Notes under the pieces: generated by a model
What the model saw: the letters and a program-made list of their open reading frames with translations, nothing else
Databases searched by the model: none
Told to the model about the DNA's origin: nothing
Program-made: the position numbers and the translations under genes
In this document: piece after piece, positions 48,750 through 59,208 of the stretch
Layout: every line of letters begins with the position of its first letter
Numbering within the stretch: position 1 is the first letter of the stretch
Assembly (NCBI GenBank): GCA_964460845.1
Contig: CAYWRZ010000001.1
Coordinates: 131,533 to 195,532 of the forward strand
Source: an uncultured Weeksellaceae bacterium
GTDB lineage: Bacteria; Bacteroidota; Bacteroidia; Flavobacteriales_D; UBA2798
DNA length: 64,000 bases
Direction of reading: 5' to 3'

Positions 48750-49589
48750 ATGAAACAAGTTTTCCACACCTGTTTATTGCTGTTAACGCTTCTGTTGAGC
48801 GCTTTTGCTTTTCCAAACCAGAATGAGCCGAAAGATACCCGTATCCGGATTGAGACTCCTTACGGCACCATTGTAGCCCGCCTCTATAACGATACGCCGC
48901 TTCACCGCGATAATTTTATCAGCCTTATCAAAGACGGGTATTACGACAGCCTGCTTTTTCACCGGGTCATCAAAGACTTTATGATTCAGGGTGGCGATCC
49001 CGATTCGAGGCAGGCTCAGGCCGGCGAAATATTGGGCAACGGCGGACCCGACTATACCCTGCCTGCCGAAATCCGCCCCGGGCATTACCATAAAAAAGGA
49101 GCGTTAGCCGCCGCACGGATGGGCGACGACGTAAATCCCGAAAAAGCCTCTTCGGGCAGCCAGTTTTACATTGTACAAGGCGCTGTATATGAAGAAAATG
49201 TGCTCGATATGCTCGAAAACCGGATCAACGACAACCGCCGTCGCGAAATCGGTACACGTTTGCTACAGGACGAAAGATTTGCCAATATAGAAGCAAAAAT
49301 CACACAGGCTCGCGACAAGAACGACCAAAAAACCCTCCAGCAAATCACCTTAGACATTCAGACGGCTATCGAGCAGGAAATGGAAAAAGAGGGACTTTTC
49401 CGCTTTACAGAAGAACAACGCCGCACCTACACCACTGTGGGCGGAGCGCCACACCTCGACGCGACTTATACCGTATTCGGCGAAGTGGAAGAAGGACTGG
49501 AAATCATCGAAAAAATTGCCGCCGAAGCGGTGGATGGATACGCCCGCCCGCTGAAAGATATACGCATGAAAATCACCCTGTCGGAATAA
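48750..49589 (+). CDS. Peptidylprolyl isomerase, cyclophilin type, secreted
   Basis: Signal peptide, FHRVIKDFMIQGGDP and SQFYIV motifs, and an internal ~70-aa insertion. Confidence 0.85.
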   Translation: MKQVFHTCLLLLTLLLSAFAFPNQNEPKDTRIRIETPYGTIVARLYNDTPLHRDNFISLIKDGYYDSLLFHRVIKDFMIQGGDPDSRQAQAGEILGNGGPDYTLPAEIRPGHYHKKGALAAARMGDDVNPEKASSGSQFYIVQGAVYEENVLDMLENRINDNRRREIGTRLLQDERFANIEAKITQARDKNDQKTLQQITLDIQTAIEQEMEKEGLFRFTEEQRRTYTTVGGAPHLDATYTVFGEVEEGLEIIEKIAAEAVDGYARPLKDIRMKITLSE

Positions 49590-49597
49590 GCCTTTGC

Positions 49598-50620
49598 ATG
49601 AAAGAAAAAATTGAACAACTGCTGGAAGAAATTGCCGGATTAAGCGCCGCTAACGCCGCCGAAGCCGAACAGCACCGCATACGCCTGCTGGGCAAAAAAG
49701 GGAGCATTACCGAACTGTTCGACACCTTCAAAACCATTCCGGGCGAACAGAAAAAAGAATTCGGAAAGCGACTCAACGAGCTCAAGCAAAAAGCACAGGA
49801 AAAAATTGAAGCGCTCAAAGAAACGACCGGAAATACCGGTCCGGCACGTGATGAGCTGGACCTTTCCCGTCCGGCCGAACCCTTAGACTACGGTGCCCGG
49901 CATCCGCTTTCGCTGGTGCGCAACGAGATAAGCGCCATCTTTTCGCGCATAGGATTTGTCACCGCCGATGGCCCCGAAATAGAAGACGACTGGCACAACT
50001 TCGGCGCGCTTAATTTTGCCGAAAACCACCCTGCACGCGATATGCAGGATACATTTTTTATTACGGTCGGTGAGCAGCCCCTGGCATTACGCACGCATAC
50101 CTCGTCGGTACAGGTTCGCATGATGGAAAACAACCGCCCGCCGCTGCGCATGATTATGCCCGGACGTGTATATCGCAACGAAGCCATTTCGGCCCGCGCG
50201 CATTGTTTTTTCCACCAAATCGAAGGACTGTATATCGACGAAAACGTGTCTTTTGCCGATCTCAAGCAAACGCTGCTGTACTTTGTGCACGAACTCTTCG
50301 GTGAAAAAGCCCGTATCCGGCTCCGCCCTTCTTATTTTCCCTTTACCGAACCCAGCGCCGAAGTGGACGTGTCGTGTACCCTCTGCAATGGCGAAGGCTG
50401 CAACGTATGCAAGCACAGCGGCTGGCTCGAAATTATGGGTTGCGGCATGGTCGATCCGCAGGTGCTCGAAAACTGTGGTATCGACAGCGAAAAATACAGC
50501 GGCTATGCTTTCGGGATGGGCGTAGAACGCATTGCACAGCTCAAGTACCAGGTAAAAGATTTAAGGCTTTATTCCGAAAACGACGTCCGTTTTCTGAAGC
50601 AGTTCCGCAGCTTGTGGTAA
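49598..50620 (+). CDS. pheS: Phenylalanine--tRNA ligase alpha subunit
   Basis: Contains HPARDMQDTFF, LRTHTSSVQVR, FHQIEGL and GFAFGMGVERIA-like (GYAFGMGVERIA). Confidence 0.95.
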   Translation: MKEKIEQLLEEIAGLSAANAAEAEQHRIRLLGKKGSITELFDTFKTIPGEQKKEFGKRLNELKQKAQEKIEALKETTGNTGPARDELDLSRPAEPLDYGARHPLSLVRNEISAIFSRIGFVTADGPEIEDDWHNFGALNFAENHPARDMQDTFFITVGEQPLALRTHTSSVQVRMMENNRPPLRMIMPGRVYRNEAISARAHCFFHQIEGLYIDENVSFADLKQTLLYFVHELFGEKARIRLRPSYFPFTEPSAEVDVSCTLCNGEGCNVCKHSGWLEIMGCGMVDPQVLENCGIDSEKYSGYAFGMGVERIAQLKYQVKDLRLYSENDVRFLKQFRSLW

Positions 50621-50672
50621 AAAATCGAACCCCTTTTTAATTTCCCTTCGGAAATGAAAAATCAGGTTTCAT

Positions 50673-52829
50673 TTACTTGTCCAGTAGCTCAAAATCGATC
50701 TGGCGCCGCATCAGATCGGCCGCTTTGACCTTGATCCGCAATTCGGTTCCAAGCCTGAAGGTCCGTTTTTTGTTGACACCTCGTACGCAAAACGCTTTTT
50801 CGTCAAACACATACACATCGCCGCTGATAGCACGCAGGCTAATCATGCCTTCGCATTTGTTTTCAACAAGCTCCACGTAAATGCCCCATTCGGTAACGCC
50901 CGATACGACACCGTCAAACTCCTCTCCTACACGGTCTTTGAGAAATTCTACCTGCTTGTATTTGATAGAAGCACGCTCAGCATCAGATGCTTTTTTCTCC
51001 ATGGCCGACGAATGACGGCACCAATGTTCCAAATCGGATTTCCCGAAAGAAGATTGCTGAGAAAGAAAATTCTGCAAAATCCGGTGTACGATCAAGTCGG
51101 GATACCTTCGGATAGGCGAAGTAAAATGGGTGTAATAATCAAACCCGAGTCCGTAGTGACCTACGTTATGTATATCGTAAATGGCCTTGGCCATCGAGCG
51201 AATCGTGTATTGCTGCACCACCTCAGCCACCCGTTTATCCTTAATCTCCCCCATCAGCTTATTCACCGCAGCAGGTAAGGTTTTGGGATTGGTAGTCTGT
51301 AGCTTGTAGCCCAACATTTTGACAAACTCGTGCAGCTCTTTCAGCTTCTCCGGACTGGGTTCATCGTGCACACGGTACACCATAGGCAAAAGCTTCTTTT
51401 TCCCATCGGGCAGCCCTACCACCTTGGCCACCGCTTTGTTGGCCATCAGCATAAACTCTTCGATCAGCTTGTGCGCGTCTTTCGACACTTTGGTATATAC
51501 GCCTATGGGTTTGCCTTTTTCGTCGAGCTTAAATTTGACCTCTACACTTTCTATGTTAAGCGCGCCATGGGCGAGTCTTTCTTTGCGTAAAATTTTAGCC
51601 AGGCCGTCGAGGGTCAGAATTTCGTCTTTAAAATCGCCTTCGCCGGTTTCGATAATTTCCTGCGCTTCTTCGTAGGTAAAACGGCGGTCGGAATAAATAA
51701 CCGTACGACCGAACCATTCATTGTGCACCTTGGCGTTTTCGTCCATTTCGAGCACCACCGAAAAGCAGTATTTTTCTTCGTGCGGACGAAGGGAACATAT
51801 CTGATTGGATAAAATTTCGGGCAGCATAGGCACCACGCGATCCACCAGGTACACGGAAGTAGCTCTTTCGAGCGCTTCGCGGTCGATGGTCGAGCCGGGC
51901 GTTACGTAATGCGACACGTCGGCAATATGGATGCCGATTTCGTATATTTTTTTCCCTTCTTCTTCGCGGAGCAAGCGGATAGAAAGCGCATCGTCGAAAT
52001 CTTTCGCATCGACGGGGTCTATCGTAAAAGTGGTTATTTCTCTGAAATCGCGGCGGCGTTTCAATTCGGAAGCCGAAATTTCGGGATCGAGCCGGTTGGC
52101 GGCTTCGTCCACTTCTTTGGGATAATGGTAAGGTAATCCGAACTCGGCCAAAATAGCGTGCATTTCGGTTTCGTTCTCGCCCGATTTTCCGAGCACTTCG
52201 ATCACTTTCCCGAAAGGATTGGAAGCCTGCTTGGGCCAGTCGGCCAGTTGTGCAATTACTTTATCGTTCTGCCGGGCGCCGTTGAGCTTTTCGAGCGGAA
52301 TGTATATATCGACATACATCCGCGGACTATCGGTGATTAGGAAGGCAAAATTTTTGCTCATTTCTATACGTCCCACGAAGGTATCCTGCTTACGGTTCAC
52401 GATGGCGGTCACTTCGCCTTCGGGTTTGCCGTCGCGATCTTTGCCGCGTAGCTTTACCGTTACCGTATCGCCATGCAGGGCGCGGTTCAGGTTTTTGCGG
52501 TGAATAAACACATCGTCTTCACCTTCGGGAGTGAGCAGGTACCCCGATCCGCGGGCGGTGATTTCGATTTCGCCGCTAAGCTCAGTGCGGGGCAGGTTGG
52601 CGAGGTAACGTCCGGGTTCGGTTTCGCTCAGCTTGCCATCGGCCAACAGCTCGTCGAGCAGTTCCTGCAGCAGGAGCCGATCTTCGCCGGGAGCAATGCC
52701 CAACGCTGCGGCTATTTGCTTATAGTTATAGGGCTTAACCGAATTTTCGCTAAAAAACTCAAGCACATCTTTCCGCAGAAACTGTCTTTGTTTTTTAAGG
52801 TTTTTGGAGGGTTTCTTTTTTTTCGTCAT
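50673..52829 (-). CDS. rnr: Ribonuclease R
   Basis: 718 aa. RNB domain blocks (TIDPVDAKDFDDALS, HYGLGFDYYTHFTSPIRRYPDL) and a C-terminal S1 domain. Confidence 0.95.
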   Translation of the reverse strand: MTKKKKPSKNLKKQRQFLRKDVLEFFSENSVKPYNYKQIAAALGIAPGEDRLLLQELLDELLADGKLSETEPGRYLANLPRTELSGEIEITARGSGYLLTPEGEDDVFIHRKNLNRALHGDTVTVKLRGKDRDGKPEGEVTAIVNRKQDTFVGRIEMSKNFAFLITDSPRMYVDIYIPLEKLNGARQNDKVIAQLADWPKQASNPFGKVIEVLGKSGENETEMHAILAEFGLPYHYPKEVDEAANRLDPEISASELKRRRDFREITTFTIDPVDAKDFDDALSIRLLREEEGKKIYEIGIHIADVSHYVTPGSTIDREALERATSVYLVDRVVPMLPEILSNQICSLRPHEEKYCFSVVLEMDENAKVHNEWFGRTVIYSDRRFTYEEAQEIIETGEGDFKDEILTLDGLAKILRKERLAHGALNIESVEVKFKLDEKGKPIGVYTKVSKDAHKLIEEFMLMANKAVAKVVGLPDGKKKLLPMVYRVHDEPSPEKLKELHEFVKMLGYKLQTTNPKTLPAAVNKLMGEIKDKRVAEVVQQYTIRSMAKAIYDIHNVGHYGLGFDYYTHFTSPIRRYPDLIVHRILQNFLSQQSSFGKSDLEHWCRHSSAMEKKASDAERASIKYKQVEFLKDRVGEEFDGVVSGVTEWGIYVELVENKCEGMISLRAISGDVYVFDEKAFCVRGVNKKRTFRLGTELRIKVKAADLMRRQIDFELLDK

Positions 52830-52924
52830 TCGTGGATTTATACCTTTTCTAAAGGTACCAAATTAAATGTGCAGACTCGCATAACCGGAATGCGAACTGC
52901 TAAAAAACAGGAGACTAAAAATAC

Positions 52925-52948
52925 AAAAGGGGGCGATTGCCCCCTTTT
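52925..52948 (-). terminator. Rho-independent terminator (palindromic, usable on both strands)
   Basis: AAAAGGGGGC-gatt-GCCCCCTTTT. Perfect 10-bp stem, 16 nt downstream of the stop at 52964. Confidence 0.85.
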
Positions 52949-52963
52949 GTCTCTACCTGAAAA

Positions 52964-53290
52964 TCAGGCTTCGATAAGCTTGTCTCTGTATTCCTGCAGC
53001 TCTTCGCGGTTATAGGGATTATCATAGGCCGCTGCCAGTTGCATCAGGTATTCGAAAGAAGACATTCCGGCTTCTTCTTCGTTAAAATCTTCGAGCAGAA
53101 TGTCAAATTCGCCGTTGCTTTCGAGGTATTCGTAGGTAAGCCTGAGAATCCGGGTCAGCGTAGGGTCTTTTATTTCGATGAAATAGTTACGCAGGGCTTT
53201 CAGATCTTCGACTACCTTGGCGCTGGCTCCGTTTTTCAGGTATTCCTGGCTAATGTTGTCGGCCAGCCGTTCGGCTTCTTTTCTCTCCAT
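52964..53290 (-). CDS. Hypothetical acidic protein (108 aa)
   Basis: ATG start with a strong terminator downstream. No motif recognised. Confidence 0.6.
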   Translation of the reverse strand: MERKEAERLADNISQEYLKNGASAKVVEDLKALRNYFIEIKDPTLTRILRLTYEYLESNGEFDILLEDFNEEEAGMSSFEYLMQLAAAYDNPYNREELQEYRDKLIEA

Positions 53291-53307
53291 GTGTCTGGGA
53301 TAATTTG

Positions 53308-54861
53308 TTAAATATCGAATTTGATTCCTTGCGCCAAAGGTAATTCATTTCCATAATTTATGGTATTGGTCTGGCGACGCATATAAATTTTCCAGGCATC
53401 GGAACCCGATTCGCGACCACCGCCCGTTTCTTTCTCGCCACCAAAAGCGCCTCCAATTTCGGCACCCGAAGTACCGATATTCACGTTGGCTATCCCGCAA
53501 TCGGAACCTTCGGCCGAAAGAAATTTCTCGGCTTCGCGCAGGTTGGTCGTCATAATAGACGAAGAAAGCCCCTGAACTACGCCGTTTTGCAACGCGATAG
53601 CCTCATCAAGGGTTTTGTAGGGCATCACATATAAAATGGGAGCGAATGTTTCTTCCTGTACAATTTTAAAGGTATTGCGTGCTTCGATAATGGCCGGTTT
53701 TACATAGCAGCCCGATTCGTAGCCTTCGCCGCTAAGCACACCGCCTTCTACCAATACCTTGCCGCCTTCTTCGACCGCTTTTTGCAGGGCGTTTTCGTAC
53801 AGCGCCACCGCTTGTTTGTCGATAAGCGGACCCACATGATTATTTTGATCGAGCGGATTGCCGATGCGCAATTGCCCGTAGGCCGAAACCAGCTTTTCTT
53901 TCACGCTTTCGTACACCGATTCGTGAATAATCAACCTGCGGGTGGTTGTACAACGCTGCCCGGCCGTACCGACGGCACCAAATACAACGGCCAGCAGAGC
54001 GATATTGAGATCAGCGTGTTCGGTAATAATAATGGCATTGTTGCCACCCAGCTCGAGCAGCGAACGTCCGAGGCGTGCACCTACGGCAGCACCTACCGAT
54101 TTACCCATGCGCGTAGAGCCTGTAGCCGATACCAGCGGTACACGCTTATCTGCAGCCATAAGCTCTCCGAGTTTGGCATCGCCTATCACGAGACAGCAGA
54201 CCCCTTCGGGTACGCCGTTTTCTTTGAGTACTTTAGAGATAATTTGCTGGCAGGCAATGGCACAGAGCGGGGTTTTTTCGGAGGGTTTCCAAATACATAC
54301 GTCGCCGCATATCCAGGCCAGCATCGTGTTCCAGGACCATACGGCTACCGGGAAATTAAACGCGGAAATAATACCCACGATTCCGAGCGGATGGTACTGG
54401 TCGTACATACGGTGACGGGCTCTTTCACTTTGCAGGGTAGAACCGTCGAGCTGACGGGAAAGCCCTACGGCAAAATCGCAGATGTCGATCATCTCCTGTA
54501 CTTCGCCCAGTCCTTCCTGATACGATTTTCCCATTTCGTAAGAAACGAGGCTACCCAATGCTTCTTTGTGGGCTCTGAGCGCTTCACCTATCTGACGCAC
54601 CACTTCGCCTCTTTTGGGAGCGGGCACATTACGCCATTCTTTAAACGCTTCGCCGGCTTTGAGAATGCAGGCCTCGTATTCAGTTTCTGTAGCGGCATTG
54701 ACAGAAGCGATCTTCTGCCCATCTACCGGCGACCATGAAGTAATTTCTTCTCCACGCGTGGTAAACCAATAGGCGCCGGTCGAGGCTCCGCTGTTTTTTT
54801 CTTTAATGCCCAGGGTGCGGAGTGTTTCCGCAATACTGAATCCGGTATGCACTTCTGCCAT
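53308..54861 (-). CDS. Aldehyde dehydrogenase, ALDH7/antiquitin-like (probable aminoadipate-semialdehyde dehydrogenase)
   Basis: Contains [17 protein letters not shown] and [20 protein letters not shown], closely matching the ALDH7A1 blocks as recalled. The general ALDH call is firm, the substrate call is inferred. Confidence 0.8.
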   Translation of the reverse strand: MAEVHTGFSIAETLRTLGIKEKNSGASTGAYWFTTRGEEITSWSPVDGQKIASVNAATETEYEACILKAGEAFKEWRNVPAPKRGEVVRQIGEALRAHKEALGSLVSYEMGKSYQEGLGEVQEMIDICDFAVGLSRQLDGSTLQSERARHRMYDQYHPLGIVGIISAFNFPVAVWSWNTMLAWICGDVCIWKPSEKTPLCAIACQQIISKVLKENGVPEGVCCLVIGDAKLGELMAADKRVPLVSATGSTRMGKSVGAAVGARLGRSLLELGGNNAIIITEHADLNIALLAVVFGAVGTAGQRCTTTRRLIIHESVYESVKEKLVSAYGQLRIGNPLDQNNHVGPLIDKQAVALYENALQKAVEEGGKVLVEGGVLSGEGYESGCYVKPAIIEARNTFKIVQEETFAPILYVMPYKTLDEAIALQNGVVQGLSSSIMTTNLREAEKFLSAEGSDCGIANVNIGTSGAEIGGAFGGEKETGGGRESGSDAWKIYMRRQTNTINYGNELPLAQGIKFDI

Positions 54862-54906
54862 TGTGAACGGTTTTAGGTTTGCAAAAATAAGCCTTTTGCC
54901 CGATAA

Positions 54907-55701
54907 TCAGGGTTTGGAAAGCGTTTTTAACGACAACTTTATTTTTTCGCCGACTTCGCGGGCAAGCGGCATAAGTCCTTCGTTTTTAAGCACCGACAAA
55001 TCGGAAATACGCGAAGAAATAGAGTGTATAGCCGCACCTCCTGTGCGGATATTGCCCTGACTATCGAGGCAGGTATAGTGCAATTTGAGCCTGAACCGCG
55101 AGGGGTCATCGGGCGCATAGAGAATATCGAGCTGGTTCAGGAACACGAAATACGCCACATTTCGGAAAGACAGCTCCTCAGTCAGATTCGCATTCAACAG
55201 CACGGTAGCCATGTATTGCTCGCGGGAATCGCCTTCGGCGACAAGCTGCCCCTGTTGTATGCCCGAACTTTTTCCGGGCGGCGTCTCTTTTTTGTCGGGC
55301 GAATTTCTGCGCGAGAAAAGCCGTGTTTCTTTCGGATCTCCCTGCAAGGCTTCTCCCTCTTCGAGCAGAAGATATTCGTATTCGATCGAAGAATATACGT
55401 AGTGCAGCTCACGACGAAGGCTGTCGTTGCGCGGGTAGAGCGTATAAGCATCGGTCTCGTCGTCGAGCTCGAAGGCCAATGCTTCGACAAGGCTTTCCCT
55501 TACTTTTTCGACAATTTCGGAAAAGGAGACATGTTCATGCGCTGCCACCTGCCTGTCGATCTGCGACATATACATACGCGACTCAAAAGGAATAACCAGT
55601 AAGCGCGGACGTGCAGACAAAGCCGTATCCGGTTCGGTCAGTGTTTGACCCGCACCTGCAAAAGTGAACAGGCAAAAGCAGAAAAAGAATACATAACGCA
55701 T
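54907..55701 (-). CDS. Hypothetical secreted protein (264 aa)
   Basis: Signal peptide MRYVFFFCFCLFTFAGAGQ. No motif recognised. Confidence 0.6.
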   Translation of the reverse strand: MRYVFFFCFCLFTFAGAGQTLTEPDTALSARPRLLVIPFESRMYMSQIDRQVAAHEHVSFSEIVEKVRESLVEALAFELDDETDAYTLYPRNDSLRRELHYVYSSIEYEYLLLEEGEALQGDPKETRLFSRRNSPDKKETPPGKSSGIQQGQLVAEGDSREQYMATVLLNANLTEELSFRNVAYFVFLNQLDILYAPDDPSRFRLKLHYTCLDSQGNIRTGGAAIHSISSRISDLSVLKNEGLMPLAREVGEKIKLSLKTLSKP

Positions 55702-55750
55702 AAGCCGGGAACTTAGCTATTATCATGCCAGCCGTTGCACGGGCAGGAAT

Positions 55751-57076
55751 TTACCGGAACAGCTTCACGATGTCGTTGCCGTTGGCAAACAGCATGAGTC
55801 CGAGCAACAAGACCATACCGGTTACCTGAGCGATTTCCATGAAACGCTCGCCAGGTGCTTTTCCGCTGATCATCTCATAAATAAGGAACATCACATGGCC
55901 TCCGTCGAGTGCCGGAATGGGCAGCAGGTTCATAAAGGCCAAAATGATCGACAGAAAAGCGGTCATGTTCCAAAAAATTTCCCAATTCCAACTGGAAGAG
56001 AAGAGTCCGCCGATAGATCCGAATCCACCGATCTGCTTGGCACCGGCCGGAGTAAATACCAGCGCAAGCGATTTCACGTAACCGGTAAGCTTATCGTTTC
56101 CTTCGGCAATACCGGCCGGGATAGACTCCCAAAATCCAAAGGTCTCTTTACGGGTTTCAAAAAAGCGGCTGTATTCGCCCACAGGATTGGCGCCCATCTT
56201 TCCGTCGTTGTCTATTTCAATTTGCAGCGTAAGCGGTTTACCCTCGCGCACCACGTGCATAGCCACCGTTTGAGATTTGTGTTGCGCCAGTATAGGACCT
56301 ACGTCCTGAAAGAAAACACCCTGTACTTCGTTGATTCCCACAATGCTGTCGTTGGGCAGGAGTCCGCCTTTTTCGGCACCGCCACCACCGGCCACGCGCG
56401 ACACTACAAAGGGAATACGCGTATCAAACAGGTTGCGTGCATCTTTATGGAGCATTTGCTGCTCAATATCGGAGGGCAGGGTCACTTTCACAGTAGCGCC
56501 GTCGCGCAGCACTTCCATATCGCGATGCCCGTCGATCACAATCAGTCTGTTCGCCTGCTCAAGGGTTTGAGGCTTTACGCCGCCCACAGTAAGAATATGA
56601 TCGCCGTTATGCAGCAGCTCGCCCGGCTTGAGCACCTCGTGGTTTACCGCAATGCCGTATTTCGCATTTTCGACCGGCAGGTATTCGCGCCCCCAGGTCC
56701 AGAGGATAAAAATGAAGATGATATAGCCGAGAATCAGGTTGACCGTTACACCGCCCAGCATAATGATAAGTCGCTGCCAGGCCGGTTTGGAACGAAACTC
56801 CCAGGGTTGCGGAGCCTGCTTCATCTGGTTTTTGTCCATGCTTTCATCGACCATTCCGGCAATTTTCACATAGCCTCCAAGCGGCAGCCAGCCCACACCG
56901 TACTCGGTATCTCCGCGTTTTATTTTAAACAGCGAAAACCAGGGGTTAAAAAAAAGATAAAATTTTTCGACACGGGTTTTGAAAAGACGGGCAGGGACAA
57001 AGTGTCCGAGCTCGTGCAGCACCACGAGTATGGAAAGGCTCAGAATGAGCTGACCTGCTTTAACGAGAATATCCAT
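55751..57076 (-). CDS. rseP: RIP metalloprotease RseP (site-2 protease)
   Basis: Contains LHELGHFVPARLF (HExxH), a PDZ region and NLLPIPALDGGH. Confidence 0.9.
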   Translation of the reverse strand: MDILVKAGQLILSLSILVVLHELGHFVPARLFKTRVEKFYLFFNPWFSLFKIKRGDTEYGVGWLPLGGYVKIAGMVDESMDKNQMKQAPQPWEFRSKPAWQRLIIMLGGVTVNLILGYIIFIFILWTWGREYLPVENAKYGIAVNHEVLKPGELLHNGDHILTVGGVKPQTLEQANRLIVIDGHRDMEVLRDGATVKVTLPSDIEQQMLHKDARNLFDTRIPFVVSRVAGGGGAEKGGLLPNDSIVGINEVQGVFFQDVGPILAQHKSQTVAMHVVREGKPLTLQIEIDNDGKMGANPVGEYSRFFETRKETFGFWESIPAGIAEGNDKLTGYVKSLALVFTPAGAKQIGGFGSIGGLFSSSWNWEIFWNMTAFLSIILAFMNLLPIPALDGGHVMFLIYEMISGKAPGERFMEIAQVTGMVLLLGLMLFANGNDIVKLFR

Positions 57077-57292
57077 CGGTCAGAATAAGTTTTTAGGACG
57101 GGCAAATGTACGACAAATAACCGCTTCCGGGCACAGAATTCCGGCGAGGGGATTTAGCACCCTGCCACCGCAGACAGCGACGGCGTATCGCGGTGCATAC
57201 CGTGCCGCCCCGGGTGATGAAAGCGGAAGCAAGTTTCTCAAAAAAAGAAAAACAGACTGATAACCAATTTGATAAAAAATGTTAAAAGAATC

Positions 57293-57324
57293 GCTGTAAC
57301 TTTAAGGTCGGTTCTTCGTCACAC
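57293..57324 (+). promoter_or_regulatory. ECF-type promoter GCTGTAAC-N16-CGTCACAC, probable autoregulated promoter of the sigma/anti-sigma operon
   Basis: TGTAAC-N16-CGTC matches the general ECF -35/-10 architecture. It ends 27 nt before the ATG at 57352, and the same motif occurs at 25488 and 25863. Confidence 0.7.
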
Positions 57325-57351
57325 GCAAAAAGGCAGGAAAACCGCTCTCGA

Positions 57352-57837
57352 ATGACCGCTGACCAATACAATGAAAGTGTAGATACCTACGCAGACCGGC
57401 TGTATCGTTTCGCCCTTAAAAACATGAAGGACGAGGAGTTGGCTAAGGATATTGTGCAGGACACCTTCGAGCGCCTGTGGATAAAAGTGCAGGAAGTGAC
57501 TTACGAAAAAGTGCGGTCTTACCTGTTTACCACCGCTTATCATGCCATGGTCGATCAGGCCCGGAGACAGAAAAAGCAGGGGCTGTATAACGAAGCGAAA
57601 GTGGCTCGCATAGGTCAGCATTCGCAGTACAGCGACCTGAAAGAAATATTGCAGGAAGCCGTGGACAAGCTGCCCGATATACAGCGTTCGGTGATTTTGC
57701 TACGCGATTACGAAGGGTATTCGTACGAAGAAATAGGTGAAATTACCGGGCTGAACGAATCGCAGGTGAAAGTGTATATCTTCAGGGCACGGAAATTTTT
57801 AAAAGAATACATCGGCAGCATGGAGGCCGTATTGTAA
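57352..57837 (+). CDS. ECF (group 4) sigma-70 factor
   Basis: 161 aa. Region 2 (DRLYRFALKNMKDEELAKDIVQDTFERLW) and region 4 (ILLRDYEGYSYEEIGEITGLNESQVKVYIFRARKFL). Confidence 0.9.
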   Translation: MTADQYNESVDTYADRLYRFALKNMKDEELAKDIVQDTFERLWIKVQEVTYEKVRSYLFTTAYHAMVDQARRQKKQGLYNEAKVARIGQHSQYSDLKEILQEAVDKLPDIQRSVILLRDYEGYSYEEIGEITGLNESQVKVYIFRARKFLKEYIGSMEAVL

Positions 57838-57843
57838 AAGACA

Positions 57844-59127
57844 ATGATGAACCTTAATCGGGATAACTACGAAAGCTTTTTCCTCGACTATATCGAGGGG
57901 CGGCTCAGCGCGCAGGAGCGGGCCGAGCTGGAAGCTTTTTTAGCGGAAAATCCCGATTTGGCGGCCACGCTCGAAGGGTTCGAAATGATTACCCTGCCTG
58001 CGCCCGACAGCAAAGCTTCGTTCGACCGAAAAGATCAGCTTAAAAAGCAAGCGGTCTTATGCCTGAACGAAGAAAACCGGGAAGACTATTACATCGCTTA
58101 CCTAGAAGATCGGCTTACTGCAGACGAACGGCTTGCCGTAGAAGCCGATGCCGCCTCGCAGCCGACTTATACGCAACTGCTGGATACTTACCGCAAAACC
58201 CAGCTCATTGCCGGCGATGAAGCTTCTGACGAGCATTTTTTCCTTTATCGCAAGCGTACACTTACTGCCCTTACACCTCAGCTACAATCGGCTGTAATGG
58301 TGGCCTACCTCGAAGGCTGGCTCAACGCCGAAGAGCGGAGCACCGTAGAAAAAGCGCTGAGCGGCAATGCGGCATTGCAAAAAGAGCTACAGGCTTACCA
58401 ACGTGCGGTAGTACCGACCGAAACCGCTGTTTTTCCCGATAAAAAGAGACTTTATCGCAAAGAAGGGCGTATCGTTCCGCTTTACTGGCTGCGTTACGGC
58501 GCGGGAGCCGTAGCGGCAGGGTTGGCGCTGTTTTTTATGCTTAACCTGCAGGGCGAAGGAGAAATTCAACACGCAGAGCAGCCGCTTCACAAACCGGTAC
58601 ATCGCAGCGACAGCCTTATTGGAATCGCTCCCGAACCCTTAGTGGCCGAACGCGAAACCTCGCAACCCGAACCTCTTATCGAACAGGCAGCCCTGAAAAA
58701 CGCCGTACCGCCACACAAAGCTGCGGGCACTCCCGCCACAGGGCCTGAAACCGTACCCTCGCAAGCCCAGCTTGCCGTACAGGAACCCACCATTCCGGAG
58801 CCGACACCTGAAGTCCCTACCCCCTCGCGAAGAAGCGACGTACCCCCCCTGCCCGGGCAGGCGATCACACAGCCCCAAACCGAAGATTTGGCCTCTAATA
58901 CCTTGAGCGACGAAAAATACCTTACTCCGAAAGAGTTCGTTACCGGTAAAATCGTAAAATCGGAAGGGCCGAACGAAGCGAAAAAATCGCTTTCGCCGGG
59001 GCTTGGTGAAAAAATTTCGGGCTTGTTCGGTCAGAAAGTGCAGGTATCGTCCGAAACGGAAGAAGACTACTCTACCTACACCGTCAGCATAGGCGGCTTC
59101 GAGTTTTCGCGAAAAAAACAGCGCTAA
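57844..59127 (+). CDS. Putative anti-sigma factor, single-pass membrane protein
   Basis: Starts 6 nt after the sigma gene. N-terminal FLDYIEGRLSAQERAELEAFLAENPDL is typical of Bacteroidota anti-sigma N-termini. One TM helix (YGAGAVAAGLALFFMLNL) and a Pro-rich extracytoplasmic part. Confidence 0.7.
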   Translation: MMNLNRDNYESFFLDYIEGRLSAQERAELEAFLAENPDLAATLEGFEMITLPAPDSKASFDRKDQLKKQAVLCLNEENREDYYIAYLEDRLTADERLAVEADAASQPTYTQLLDTYRKTQLIAGDEASDEHFFLYRKRTLTALTPQLQSAVMVAYLEGWLNAEERSTVEKALSGNAALQKELQAYQRAVVPTETAVFPDKKRLYRKEGRIVPLYWLRYGAGAVAAGLALFFMLNLQGEGEIQHAEQPLHKPVHRSDSLIGIAPEPLVAERETSQPEPLIEQAALKNAVPPHKAAGTPATGPETVPSQAQLAVQEPTIPEPTPEVPTPSRRSDVPPLPGQAITQPQTEDLASNTLSDEKYLTPKEFVTGKIVKSEGPNEAKKSLSPGLGEKISGLFGQKVQVSSETEEDYSTYTVSIGGFEFSRKKQR

Positions 59128-59195
59128 TCTGCTCCTGTTTACGTTTTTTATTACCGTCATTTTTACCTTTTTCACCAATGTTGCCTGCCGCTTCG

Positions 59196-59203
59196 TACTT
59201 TTG
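59196..59203 (+). promoter_or_regulatory. -7 box TACTTTTG, only 5 nt before the ATG at 59209
   Basis: Exact TAnnTTTG. The spacing implies a leaderless or near-leaderless mRNA. Confidence 0.4.
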
Positions 59204-59208
59204 GGGCA

